25,309 nucleotides of DNA from a virus (taxonomy: Duplodnaviria; Heunggongvirae; Uroviricota; Caudoviricetes). The notes under the pieces were generated by a model. The model did not search any database and was not told where the DNA came from. It saw nothing but the letters and a program-made list of their open reading frames with translations. Numbering within the stretch: position 1 is the stretch's first letter; every line of letters starts with the position of its first letter. A program made the translations under genes and the position numbers. The DNA lies in IMG/VR virus record IMGVR_UViG_3300041405_000148, positions 1 through 25,309 of that record, one strand, 5' to 3'. Shown here piece after piece: positions 5,591 to 14,218 of this stretch.

Positions 5591-8206
5591 TTAGGTAGTT
5601 GGATACCAAGTCTTATTTGAAGGATCTGATAATAAGTACCAGTTACTTCCATTTGAAAAAATTGGTTGTAGTGCAGGAACCATTTTGGTATCTCTACATA
5701 ATACTAATCCATAAACATGTGTGGCAACATTAGGTAACTCTGCAAAGTTGTAAACAGGCATTCTAATAGAACCACCTGAATCTTGTGAAGAGATATAATT
5801 AGTATTTCCATTTACAGTTACTGGTAAATAAGGAACACCACCAAGAATAGTCCTTTCACCCTTTATTGCCAACTTACCTGTATTCATATCAAAAGCAAAG
5901 CCATTAGTCCCATTGTTTACAGCCCAACGTGCTAATGCCCTTGGTGTTGTTGTAGTAACAGCCGAAGACAATGCCATAACAGGTTCAAAGAAAAAGTGCA
6001 AACCAGAGTCATAATAAGACTTATCAGACGTATCAATAAAAACAGATACTGACGGCGTGTAATCACGCATCAGAACAAAGATACGTTGCCTGCTTGCAGA
6101 TGTCTGGATATAAGCTACATCCAAAATAGGCGAAGCTCCTTCACTATACCATGTCACAGAGTTCTTAGTTGCATCACCTTTATTCTGAATAAAGATTTTA
6201 CTACGACCTCCACCAAAAGATGTTCCACCAGGAGAGATGTCCCCAGATGCATTATCATAGTGACCTGCACCAACTAAATCAAGAACTGCACTCTGCCCTG
6301 TCTCAGTAAAGCCAATATTACCAATTTCAAACCACTGAGAAGTTGCACCTGGATTTTTAAGTTTATATGGAGAAGTTGCATAACCATAACTTAAGCTTCC
6401 ATCAATTAAGATGCCTTTATTAGTTGTCCTTACTTTTCCAGATTCATATACAGAGTTTACCCAACTAGGTATACCTTTATAAACACCGTCAACCGTATCC
6501 ATTGCTTGAGTGTACCCAGAATCTGTATAGCTAATACCCTGTCCATTAGCAAAACGTTCTTGTGTTATGATTAGCTTAGTATATTGTGCAGCAGATGGTA
6601 ATGCAGAGTTCTCTTGTGTAACCAGAGAAAGTGTCCAATCACCTTGAGAGATATCAAATGCTTTGTTATTTTTATCAAACCAAACGTTGTGCATTGAAGA
6701 TTGAGTTGCACGAATAACGTCAATAGCATACTGGTCTCCAGTATGTCCTTCAAAGTTAGAGTTTTTGATCTCAATCGCTGTACTGTGATCCCAGACACCT
6801 TTTGTAGTGTTAGACCAACGAGCACGGAAGAAAGAAGCATTACCACCTGAAGAATAACATTGGTCTAATAATGTGTCAATTGTATCAAAAACATCAAGAA
6901 CCCTTCCACCAGTGGCACGAGCACGGATGTTGCTAAAACGGCAATATGCACCTGCAACCACATTGTTTACAAAATAAGGTTGAACTGTATCAATGACATA
7001 CTTTTGGTCTTGGTAAATATTGTCCTTAGCGCCCCAGAATATTACATTTGCGATTTCACAATAACGAGCCACTGTTGTAAACATTGCCTTAGTTTGTGTC
7101 TTGCTGAATGGAATTATTCTTACTGCTGGAATTCGTCCATAACTTACTTCTGGCCCACGCAACTTAAAGCTACTGATTTCTGCCGATCCAGTATCAATAA
7201 CATCAATACAAATTTTACCGGCTGGCAAGACAATACCTCTGTTATAAGTTGGGTGTTGCTTGTAAGAATAGTCATGCATTCTTTTTACCGCTGCGGTATC
7301 ATCTGTGACTCCATCCATAGTTGCACCAAAATGTGTCACATCAAGTGTCGCCAATTCCTCTTTTGCCCTAGACCAACCACCAGATGAATTTACTCTGAAA
7401 AATGTACCACCGTCATCTACGGAAACAGAATCAGAGATATAATAAAATTTACCACCACCTAAGCTGGAGCCATTATTATAACCTTTAACAACTACTTTTT
7501 GATTAGTTTTTGTTGGTAATAGAGTTCTTAGTGCAGGACAACTGCCCAACTCACCAATCATACTAGAGCCAATATTAGATGCCAAAACTGTAGCTTGGAT
7601 ATAATCCGAAGCCCCTGACTCTATTTTACCTAAATAAGCAAAGAGCAAGTTAGGTAATCCCGATACAGGGTCTACACCCAAAGGCTCTTTCAAAATGATC
7701 TGACTATTTTCAATGGTATAAGCTTGGTTAGGTATTTGAACAACACCATTAATAGTGACAATTGCTGTATCAAAAACATATGGAGGGGAGATAACAGTCT
7801 CTTCTCCTGTTGCAGTTTCATATAACCACGGATATACATCACTGGCAACCTGCTGTTGTTGTACGCTATACAACACCCAATTACTATCACCTACAGGTGT
7901 AGTCAACATTTTTACAGGGGTATTTGTGGTTGCTTTAGGTGCGTAGTAATACGCGCTAAGGACTCCATTTGAAAAGAATCTTAATTGATTAAAAACTGTT
8001 TCACTTTGGTTTGACGCCCAATCTATAGGACTTTTAAAGAAAAAGTTATCTGTATAAGCTTTTCTTACAGTCGGGATAGGACCGTTTAAAGTTGCAACTT
8101 CTTCCGTTGCATCACCGTTTATAATTCCACCTAACTGATTGCTCGAAAAAATTGCTAGGTCTACAGCCTGCTCAAAAGATGTAGCAGGATAATCTGGAAA
8201 TGCCAT
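5591..8206 (-). CDS. Tailspike / EPS depolymerase with AmsF/WceF-like beta-helix (871 aa)
   Basis: N-terminal virion anchor, then a pectate-lyase-like entry motif VTHFGATMDGVTDDTAA...LPAG. Motifs WSNTTKGVWDHSTAIE, GILIDGSLSYGY, WFEIGN and WYSEGASPILDV match my recollection of Erwinia AmsF / Pantoea WceF. AAGGAG RBS. Confidence 0.82.
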   Translation of the reverse strand: MAFPDYPATSFEQAVDLAIFSSNQLGGIINGDATEEVATLNGPIPTVRKAYTDNFFFKSPIDWASNQSETVFNQLRFFSNGVLSAYYYAPKATTNTPVKMLTTPVGDSNWVLYSVQQQQVASDVYPWLYETATGEETVISPPYVFDTAIVTINGVVQIPNQAYTIENSQIILKEPLGVDPVSGLPNLLFAYLGKIESGASDYIQATVLASNIGSSMIGELGSCPALRTLLPTKTNQKVVVKGYNNGSSLGGGKFYYISDSVSVDDGGTFFRVNSSGGWSRAKEELATLDVTHFGATMDGVTDDTAAVKRMHDYSYKQHPTYNRGIVLPAGKICIDVIDTGSAEISSFKLRGPEVSYGRIPAVRIIPFSKTQTKAMFTTVARYCEIANVIFWGAKDNIYQDQKYVIDTVQPYFVNNVVAGAYCRFSNIRARATGGRVLDVFDTIDTLLDQCYSSGGNASFFRARWSNTTKGVWDHSTAIEIKNSNFEGHTGDQYAIDVIRATQSSMHNVWFDKNNKAFDISQGDWTLSLVTQENSALPSAAQYTKLIITQERFANGQGISYTDSGYTQAMDTVDGVYKGIPSWVNSVYESGKVRTTNKGILIDGSLSYGYATSPYKLKNPGATSQWFEIGNIGFTETGQSAVLDLVGAGHYDNASGDISPGGTSFGGGRSKIFIQNKGDATKNSVTWYSEGASPILDVAYIQTSASRQRIFVLMRDYTPSVSVFIDTSDKSYYDSGLHFFFEPVMALSSAVTTTTPRALARWAVNNGTNGFAFDMNTGKLAIKGERTILGGVPYLPVTVNGNTNYISSQDSGGSIRMPVYNFAELPNVATHVYGLVLCRDTKMVPALQPIFSNGSNWYLLSDPSNKTWYPTT

Positions 8207-8219
8207 TTACTCTCCTTGG

Positions 8220-8693
8220 TTAACGCAAAAGTGCGTAAACATAATTAGCTAAAATGAAAACCTGCCAATAAGTTCCTTTTAAGGATTTCTCATTTTTCTT
8301 ATAAAGCAGGTAACTTAAAAATACCTCGTTGCTATACTTTCCGATATCATTACAAAATAAAAATAATATCTCAGATATGAAATCGTTCCTCATTATCCAA
8401 TGATCTATTGTGAGGAGAAATAGTGGACAAATTAAAGTTGGGACATAACAAAGTACAAAAAGGTTCCTCAAAATATTATCTTTCACAAACTGCAAAGTAA
8501 AAAATAACAAGGTAATCTCTGAAAGAGTTATTATGATTAAATACTCAGAAACAAAGAATCCAATATATGAGTACAAAACACTATCAAGTATGAAGTCTAT
8601 TGTGAGGAATGCACAAAGTGTCTTAACACTCCTACAATTAATCAGGTAAATGGAGAAGAGATAAATCATTAGGTATTGTTCTAAAGCTAACAA
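8220..8693 (-). CDS. Polytopic membrane protein of unknown function (157 aa)
   Basis: TTG start after AAGGAGGT. About 4-5 hydrophobic segments. Very AT-rich (about 30% GC by spot count of two lines). Confidence 0.7.
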   Translation of the reverse strand: MLALEQYLMIYLFSIYLINCRSVKTLCAFLTIDFILDSVLYSYIGFFVSEYLIIITLSEITLLFFTLQFVKDNILRNLFVLCYVPTLICPLFLLTIDHWIMRNDFISEILFLFCNDIGKYSNEVFLSYLLYKKNEKSLKGTYWQVFILANYVYALLR

Positions 8694-8729
8694 CTTACCT
8701 CCTTTTACCTCACCTTAGTTTTAAAATTA

Positions 8730-9056
8730 TTAATGCTTATCTACAAGTTTAGTTAACATATCTTTAAGAGGGTCGATTTTAAGATCCATAGTTTTTTCGA
8801 GTCTTCTTTCTAAGACATCGTTACCCTTCTCCATACTCACTAATAAATCACCAAACAATTTCTGGAGCTGTTCTTGAGTTACAAAGGTAGCTTCCATTTT
8901 AATCATAGTACGATTCAGTGTATCATAATCGTCTTGGATTTTTGTTATTGCCTCATCTTGCTTTCTTAACTTATCTCTAAACATGGCATATAAAATACCA
9001 ATCACAGGGAAAACAGCTACCTTAACTACATCCCAAAGTATGGCCCATGATAGCAT
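8730..9056 (-). CDS. N-terminal TM + coiled-coil protein, holin-like candidate (108 aa)
   Basis: AAGGAGG RBS. A single N-terminal hydrophobic helix is followed by a heptad-like charged region. Function is inferred only. Confidence 0.65.
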   Translation of the reverse strand: MLSWAILWDVVKVAVFPVIGILYAMFRDKLRKQDEAITKIQDDYDTLNRTMIKMEATFVTQEQLQKLFGDLLVSMEKGNDVLERRLEKTMDLKIDPLKDMLTKLVDKH

Positions 9057-9068
9057 AGAGCCTCCTTA

Positions 9069-9617
9069 TTATGTTGTGGGAATCTCAGGCCAGACTACGC
9101 CGGTTGGATAAGATTCCTGAATTGATACACGATTCAAAAGAACTACATATTTTTGAAGATTTTTTAATCTTTCTTTTTCTTCATCCGTAGCCATTTCTAG
9201 ATCTTTAGCAAACTGAAGTGGATTTATTAATACCATAGCATCTGAAATCTTTGATTTCACAACAGAATCAACTTGTGATTTTATTTCTTCAGAAGAATAC
9301 ACCCTTTTACTTATTGTATGATTTTCTTCATTAAACACCCAACTTGAATCTAATTTAAGGTCTTCAGTTGCATCTCCAAGTTCTATTTCAGCTACACTCT
9401 TATCAACAGGGTATAAAGAACTCACATCTTCACTATAAGAAGTTATGACATTATCTTCATCAAACACAATTTTTATGGTATTATCTTTAAAGTCTTTTTG
9501 ACAGTCATACCAATCAAGCCCACACTCAGATTTAAGGAAAGATATATTTAAGCTTTTAAGTTCTTTTTTATCATCCCCTTCTGGTACATATTTTCTAAAA
9601 TTTTTAATCAATATCAT
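9069..9617 (-). CDS. tfa: Tail fibre assembly chaperone (Tfa / Caudo_TAP family), 182 aa
   Basis: ATGA overlap with the fibre stop (9614-9617). Motifs FLKSECGLDWYDCQKDF and INPLQFAKDLEMATDEEKERL..LQKYVVLLNRV...WPEIP are characteristic of Tfa. Confidence 0.9.
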   Translation of the reverse strand: MILIKNFRKYVPEGDDKKELKSLNISFLKSECGLDWYDCQKDFKDNTIKIVFDEDNVITSYSEDVSSLYPVDKSVAEIELGDATEDLKLDSSWVFNEENHTISKRVYSSEEIKSQVDSVVKSKISDAMVLINPLQFAKDLEMATDEEKERLKNLQKYVVLLNRVSIQESYPTGVVWPEIPTT

Positions 9618-10561
9618 AGTTGTCCCACTGTATACCAATTACCACCAACAAATTTTTGGATAGGTTTAAAATATATTGTATCTCCCCCAGGGTTTGAACC
9701 CTCTGTCAACCAACCAATCATAACACCACCACCATCAGCTACAGCTTGTCCTCCACCAGGGATAACCTTGCTATATGTGGACCCCAACCGAATATCAGAC
9801 ACATAAGCATTACCTACATAAGTTTTATAACTCTGGAGATCGTTGTTTACATTCCCTATGCTATTATTAACATTATTATTAATATTAACAAAATAGTCAT
9901 ATCTTAAAAGAGAGTTAGGTGCACCTTCTTGTGCTGTGGAAGACCTAGGGTTAGAAATGTCCACATGCCCATCGTCCCACAATGCTATGTTTGCTGAAAT
10001 ATTCAGGTTATCAGATCTTATTCTGTTAATTGTTAGTGCAGATCCTAAAGAATTATTAGAGTCTATGCTACCTGTATTTCTACCATCATATGTTTGCAAG
10101 AAAAATGTTGGGTTGTCTACTACGTTGGACCCTCGGCTTATAATATCCCCAGCATAAATACTTCCTGCACTATCTCTTTTTATAAGAGTGTTAGGTGTTG
10201 CTAAATGGGTTGCATCTGATATATCTGCGCTCAAGTGTTTGTGACTGTTGTCAAGAACTTGAATATTTGCGGTTATTTCTTTGTTACCATTCCATAAGGC
10301 AGTGCCAGTAAGGTCTCCAGCAAAATTTATTTTTGTGCCCGTGTTAGGTAGGTAGGTAGGTAAGGACTCATCAGTTAAAAATCTTATCCATTTACCTATG
10401 GTATTAAATTGCCAGTTAACTTCTTCCGCAGTTGGTATTTGACCTTTATCCCATCCTGTTGTACGTATAATATCCCTTGTTCTAACTTTGTTTGCTTGAC
10501 CTGTGGCAGGCAAGTTAACATCATCTGTAGCCCAATCAGGGTAATATGTAGGCTTAGCCAA
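9614..10561 (-). CDS. Short tail fibre (315 aa)
   Basis: TTG start after AAGGAG. N-terminal baseplate anchor (PDWA...GWDKGQIPTAEEVNWQFN) and an HxH motif. C-terminal YVSDIRLG...YFKPIQKFVGGNWYTV is a common enterobacterial fibre tip. Followed by tfa. Confidence 0.88.
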   Translation of the reverse strand: MAKPTYYPDWATDDVNLPATGQANKVRTRDIIRTTGWDKGQIPTAEEVNWQFNTIGKWIRFLTDESLPTYLPNTGTKINFAGDLTGTALWNGNKEITANIQVLDNSHKHLSADISDATHLATPNTLIKRDSAGSIYAGDIISRGSNVVDNPTFFLQTYDGRNTGSIDSNNSLGSALTINRIRSDNLNISANIALWDDGHVDISNPRSSTAQEGAPNSLLRYDYFVNINNNVNNSIGNVNNDLQSYKTYVGNAYVSDIRLGSTYSKVIPGGGQAVADGGGVMIGWLTEGSNPGGDTIYFKPIQKFVGGNWYTVGQL

Positions 10562-10571
10562 TTTAAACTCC

Positions 10572-11204
10572 TTAATTTATTTGGGTCAGCAAAGACGCCA
10601 TGTGCCCAATATCAGATCCACCTGAATCTTTCTCAAAAATAGAACCAAAACCACCAAATTGTTTAGGTGGAGTCTGGTCATATATAGATTGAAAACCTAA
10701 TGGCAATCCAGATTTACTTCCTATTCTGTAACTAGATAAAATAGGAAAAACTTTTAATAACTCATCTATTGCATATTCTGTATCTAGACATCCACTGTAA
10801 AAGAAAACATCAAATGATTTCTTTCTACCAACATAAGTATTTATACTATCTTCGTCTGTACCTGTGAATCTAGAAAGCATGTCAATAATTTGAGGTCTCG
10901 TTCCTGAAGTCTGAGTTCTATATGATCTTATTTTTAAAACAATTCTGTAATCCTCATCAGATGCACCATTTCTTGGTACACCTAACTCTTCTCCAATATT
11001 GTCTAGGTAAACACCAGTGGAGGTATTGATAAGTCTTAACTTACCAACACCGATCACAGCATCATCAAGAACTTGTTTCATTTCTGCTATTAAAGCCAGT
11101 ATTGTAACAATGTTAGATGAATCTTTAAATTGTTCTAAAAGAAGGTCAAATGAATCATTAACCACACTCTCTCTGTACTGAATGTGATCTACATTTGTCG
11201 CCAT
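10572..11204 (-). CDS. Baseplate wedge subunit (DUF2612 / gpI-like), 210 aa
   Basis: Motif TGVYLDNIGEELGVPR...SDEDYR; lies directly after baseplate J. Confidence 0.82.
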   Translation of the reverse strand: MATNVDHIQYRESVVNDSFDLLLEQFKDSSNIVTILALIAEMKQVLDDAVIGVGKLRLINTSTGVYLDNIGEELGVPRNGASDEDYRIVLKIRSYRTQTSGTRPQIIDMLSRFTGTDEDSINTYVGRKKSFDVFFYSGCLDTEYAIDELLKVFPILSSYRIGSKSGLPLGFQSIYDQTPPKQFGGFGSIFEKDSGGSDIGHMASLLTQIN

Positions 11205-11213
11205 CTTAACTCC

Positions 11214-12707
11214 TTAAACTAACTGAAGGAAATTTATATCCTCAGAAGCTATCACAGGTATCCCTGCAAAACCTGAGATAATATCTGCTGTTGTATAAGA
11301 ACTGTCCGCAGCTGAAGTAAGTTTTGTTTCTACTTTTAACTGAGTCAAACGCCCGTAAGCTACAGAGTTAAACACAACACCTTGAAGTTGAGCATTGAAA
11401 ACTGGAGACCCTATATTAAACGAAGCCGCTAGAACTTTATAATTTGCTCTTATGGCAGCAATTTCTTCATCAGTTAGTGCTTGGTCGTTCACTGTCTTAT
11501 ATGTAACTCTCACAGAGTAATTAGTCTCATCTGCCGGAGTAAATTTTATAATTTCTGTTGAACCATCCTCTAACATTATTGTACTACTTACTGTACCAAA
11601 AGTCAAAGTATTTATAGGCTTCTTCTCATACAACGTCTGTGCTATGTTTGCAGTCTCTCCACCTAAAACAACTGTATTAAAAGTAAATGCCGGAGCTTCT
11701 GGGGTATCTATCGTGGTAGGGTTATCATAAATCCTAACCCGCTGGACACCATCGAGATCTGAAATAGCTTTATATATAGCAGGTCGAGTTGACGCATTAG
11801 CTTCATCTACTGTATCATTAAAACGTACTCTATATTCAGCATCTGTCTCAACCTCCCTCCCAGAGTAGAATTCAGAGAAATTCCCAACTGAAACATACCC
11901 AGATGGCGGAGTTGGTGTCACACCTGTTATCTCACCAACATATAAATTATTAATACCGGGTAAAGTGGAAGTAACTGGAATTAAACTCCATTTAGTACCT
12001 AAATTTGCACTTGCAAAAAATCTTGTTGCAGTGTTCAGCCCAACAGGATTTGTTTTATCTGATTGTAAGAAGCCAACATAAAGTGCATTTGTGTTTGAGT
12101 CAACAAAAACCTTAGAGGTTTCTGTGGAATCAATTGACCCTGAAATGAATGTAGCAAGTGTTTGCAATGCATTTGTGGTTGTTGTGTTTATTACAATTGT
12201 TTTTGTTGATCCAGTTTTCACATCAACAATACTAAATGTAACAGATGAACCCGCTGCTGCTAATTCATTTTTTGTCAGTGTATAAGCACCTATCCTTTCC
12301 CTCAAAGGTGTGTCAGTAGATACTTGATAATTTTGACCATTTGCTGAAGAAAAATAGGTTGAAGTGTTTACATTATAAGTCCAAGATGCATTTTTATCTG
12401 TTTTTATGAACGCATAACCTGTACTAGGTAATGCACCCTTCCTAAAAACACCTCTACGGGATAAGATTTCATCAAGATAAATTCCTTCTGCACCATCATA
12501 AGTTTGACTGTTGTAAACAGCTTGTAATGCTTCCCATATTAACATATCTTGATAAGCAAATATGCTAAGTAATTGTCCAGTTATTGAAGAGTTCCCTACA
12601 TTTAATTCTGTGCCAAATGTCGTTCTTGCTTTATCATAATAAAGCTCTCTCCAATCCTCGTATGAAGGTATTTGTAAACCATACTCTGTTAGTCCAAAAT
12701 CACTCAC
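11214..12707 (-). CDS. Baseplate J-like wedge protein (497 aa)
   Basis: GTG at 12707 follows GAGGAG. Motifs FGLTEYG, AEGIYLD..RGVFR, GREVETDAEYRVR and AIYKAISDLDGV. Confidence 0.9.
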   Translation of the reverse strand: MSDFGLTEYGLQIPSYEDWRELYYDKARTTFGTELNVGNSSITGQLLSIFAYQDMLIWEALQAVYNSQTYDGAEGIYLDEILSRRGVFRKGALPSTGYAFIKTDKNASWTYNVNTSTYFSSANGQNYQVSTDTPLRERIGAYTLTKNELAAAGSSVTFSIVDVKTGSTKTIVINTTTTNALQTLATFISGSIDSTETSKVFVDSNTNALYVGFLQSDKTNPVGLNTATRFFASANLGTKWSLIPVTSTLPGINNLYVGEITGVTPTPPSGYVSVGNFSEFYSGREVETDAEYRVRFNDTVDEANASTRPAIYKAISDLDGVQRVRIYDNPTTIDTPEAPAFTFNTVVLGGETANIAQTLYEKKPINTLTFGTVSSTIMLEDGSTEIIKFTPADETNYSVRVTYKTVNDQALTDEEIAAIRANYKVLAASFNIGSPVFNAQLQGVVFNSVAYGRLTQLKVETKLTSAADSSYTTADIISGFAGIPVIASEDINFLQLV

Positions 12708-12954
12708 TTGATTTCTTCTCCTCATCATCTTTGATTGCAATTCCCCAACGTAATGTGATAAGCTTGCTTACCAAGTTAGGGGCAACAACAACCGTTGCGT
12801 AGATCCAAGCATACCATTCAGGTATTGCTGTGAAAAAACCCATTCTTAAAAATACGGCGGTCATTGCCGCCATCCCAATATTGCTCCATAATCTTGTATG
12901 AGAGACTTTTTGATCTATCCCTTCTGGGGTTATTAAGTCTTTTAAAAAGCTCAT
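12700..12954 (-). CDS. Small two-TM membrane protein, putative holin (DUF2644-like), 84 aa
   Basis: DLIT...VSHTRLWSNIG motif, two hydrophobic helices and a highly charged C-terminus (KDDEEKKSSE). Confidence 0.6.
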   Translation of the reverse strand: MSFLKDLITPEGIDQKVSHTRLWSNIGMAAMTAVFLRMGFFTAIPEWYAWIYATVVVAPNLVSKLITLRWGIAIKDDEEKKSSE

Positions 12955-12987
12955 TCTGGTCTCACTTAATAAACTACAAGTTATAAA

Positions 12988-13515
12988 TTAATTTTTCCAA
13001 CTGTTTATCCAGCTGGCATAAGTATTTGCAGGGAGACCTTCATAATTAATAAAATAGAACAATCTGTTAGCTGCATTTTGTAAATCTGTTACACCGCAAT
13101 CTACACGAGAATTTTGATCACCAGAATCTGGATAATCCCATTCTGTTGCAGGGGAATTTAAGATTGCTACAGTTACTTCGCCATCAGGAGTAACTATTTC
13201 AGCTGTAAAAGAATATTCTCTTGTGACACGATCCCAAGTTGAATTAAAACTGGTGACTGCCTCTACGCCATCCTCATCCCGTATCTCTGATAAAAGAAGT
13301 ACATCAACATCTTCTTTTCTTCTTGCCTGACTTATGATCTGTTGCATATAAGGTATGCCATAATCCAGATCTATAAACCATTCATTCTCAAAAGTTTTAA
13401 GTCTGATGCCAAGTCTTTGTCTGACTTCATCAGGGTTTTTTGTTGTAAATTGCAACTCTCCATTTGCAATAACTAAATCATTTGAAATTTGATCAAGTAG
13501 TAAGTCAAAAGCCAT
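12988..13515 (-). CDS. Baseplate sheath-initiator (gp25/gp46-like) with C-terminal extension
   Basis: DLLLD..NDL, VRQRLGIRLKTFENEWFIDLDYGIPY and DGV..V motifs. The second ATG is better spaced from AAGGAG than the one at 13518. Confidence 0.8.
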   Translation of the reverse strand: MAFDLLLDQISNDLVIANGELQFTTKNPDEVRQRLGIRLKTFENEWFIDLDYGIPYMQQIISQARRKEDVDVLLLSEIRDEDGVEAVTSFNSTWDRVTREYSFTAEIVTPDGEVTVAILNSPATEWDYPDSGDQNSRVDCGVTDLQNAANRLFYFINYEGLPANTYASWINSWKN

Positions 13516-13524
13516 CATATCTCC

Positions 13525-14187
13525 TTACACTGGCTTGCCAGTATTACTGCCGCCAGACTGTACACCAGAATGAACATGTGATAAGAATCTTTGATAAAAA
13601 TCATTTAGATTTACACCACTTGCTGTTATCACATTTCCATCAGGGGTAATCTTCAATCCATTAACTTCTACATTACCATCTGGTTTGGCTGTTATAGTTG
13701 CAGATCCATTTTGGAAATTCATAGTGCCATCAGGTTTTAATAACAGTTTTGCTTGGTCATTTTCTAATAAAACATCTTCGTTTGAAATTTCTTTTGCATT
13801 ACCCGCAACTGAAATGCAAGGAATAACACCTATTGGGAATAATCCAAGATAGTTTGTCAGTACAGGATTTACTGCTTCGGTTCCTGTTCCAGAGAGTACA
13901 TTTGTAGGATCTCTTTCAGAGAATAAAACTAAAACAGTATCCCCTGATTTAACAGGAAAAGTGATCCTTGCCAATCCTCCGCTCAGTACAACCAGAGGCA
14001 CTCCACTTAGCTCAGGGTAAGCTATAGTTTTGTTAACACCAATCTGTGTTTTCACAAGAGGTAAGACGCTTGCCCTACCTGAGTCATAATCAACAGAAGT
14101 GATCTTAGCTGGCAGTATTGTATGCACATCTGCTAAACTATTTTGTATAAGATTTCCCAGACTTGTTGTAAATCTATCTGGATTCAT
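13525..14187 (-). CDS. Baseplate central spike (phi92 gp138 / P2 gpV-like), 220 aa
   Basis: OB-fold motif FPVKSGDTVLVLFSERD and C-terminal metal-binding HVHSGVQSGGSNTGKP. Confidence 0.92.
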   Translation of the reverse strand: MNPDRFTTSLGNLIQNSLADVHTILPAKITSVDYDSGRASVLPLVKTQIGVNKTIAYPELSGVPLVVLSGGLARITFPVKSGDTVLVLFSERDPTNVLSGTGTEAVNPVLTNYLGLFPIGVIPCISVAGNAKEISNEDVLLENDQAKLLLKPDGTMNFQNGSATITAKPDGNVEVNGLKITPDGNVITASGVNLNDFYQRFLSHVHSGVQSGGSNTGKPV

Positions 14188-14218
14188 TTTACACCTTATT
14201 AATTTTATGAACTATAAC

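Noticed and set aside
6571-7890. Same-strand nested ORFs in the tailspike (6571-6846, 7690-7890) and 3116-3313; considered as embedded spanin/lysis genes
   Set aside because: No lipobox or clear TM/signal architecture and no good RBS.
1344-10561. Diversity-generating retroelement or invertible fibre cassette
   Set aside because: No reverse transcriptase, recombinase, adenine-specific TR/VR pair or inverted fibre segments are visible; the repeats are protein-level collagen/foldon repeats.
12708-12740. Longer N-termini from the ORF track (12740; likewise 5553, 9638, 21696, 22637)
   Set aside because: Downstream starts have proper SD spacing or ATGA coupling and avoid long overlaps.
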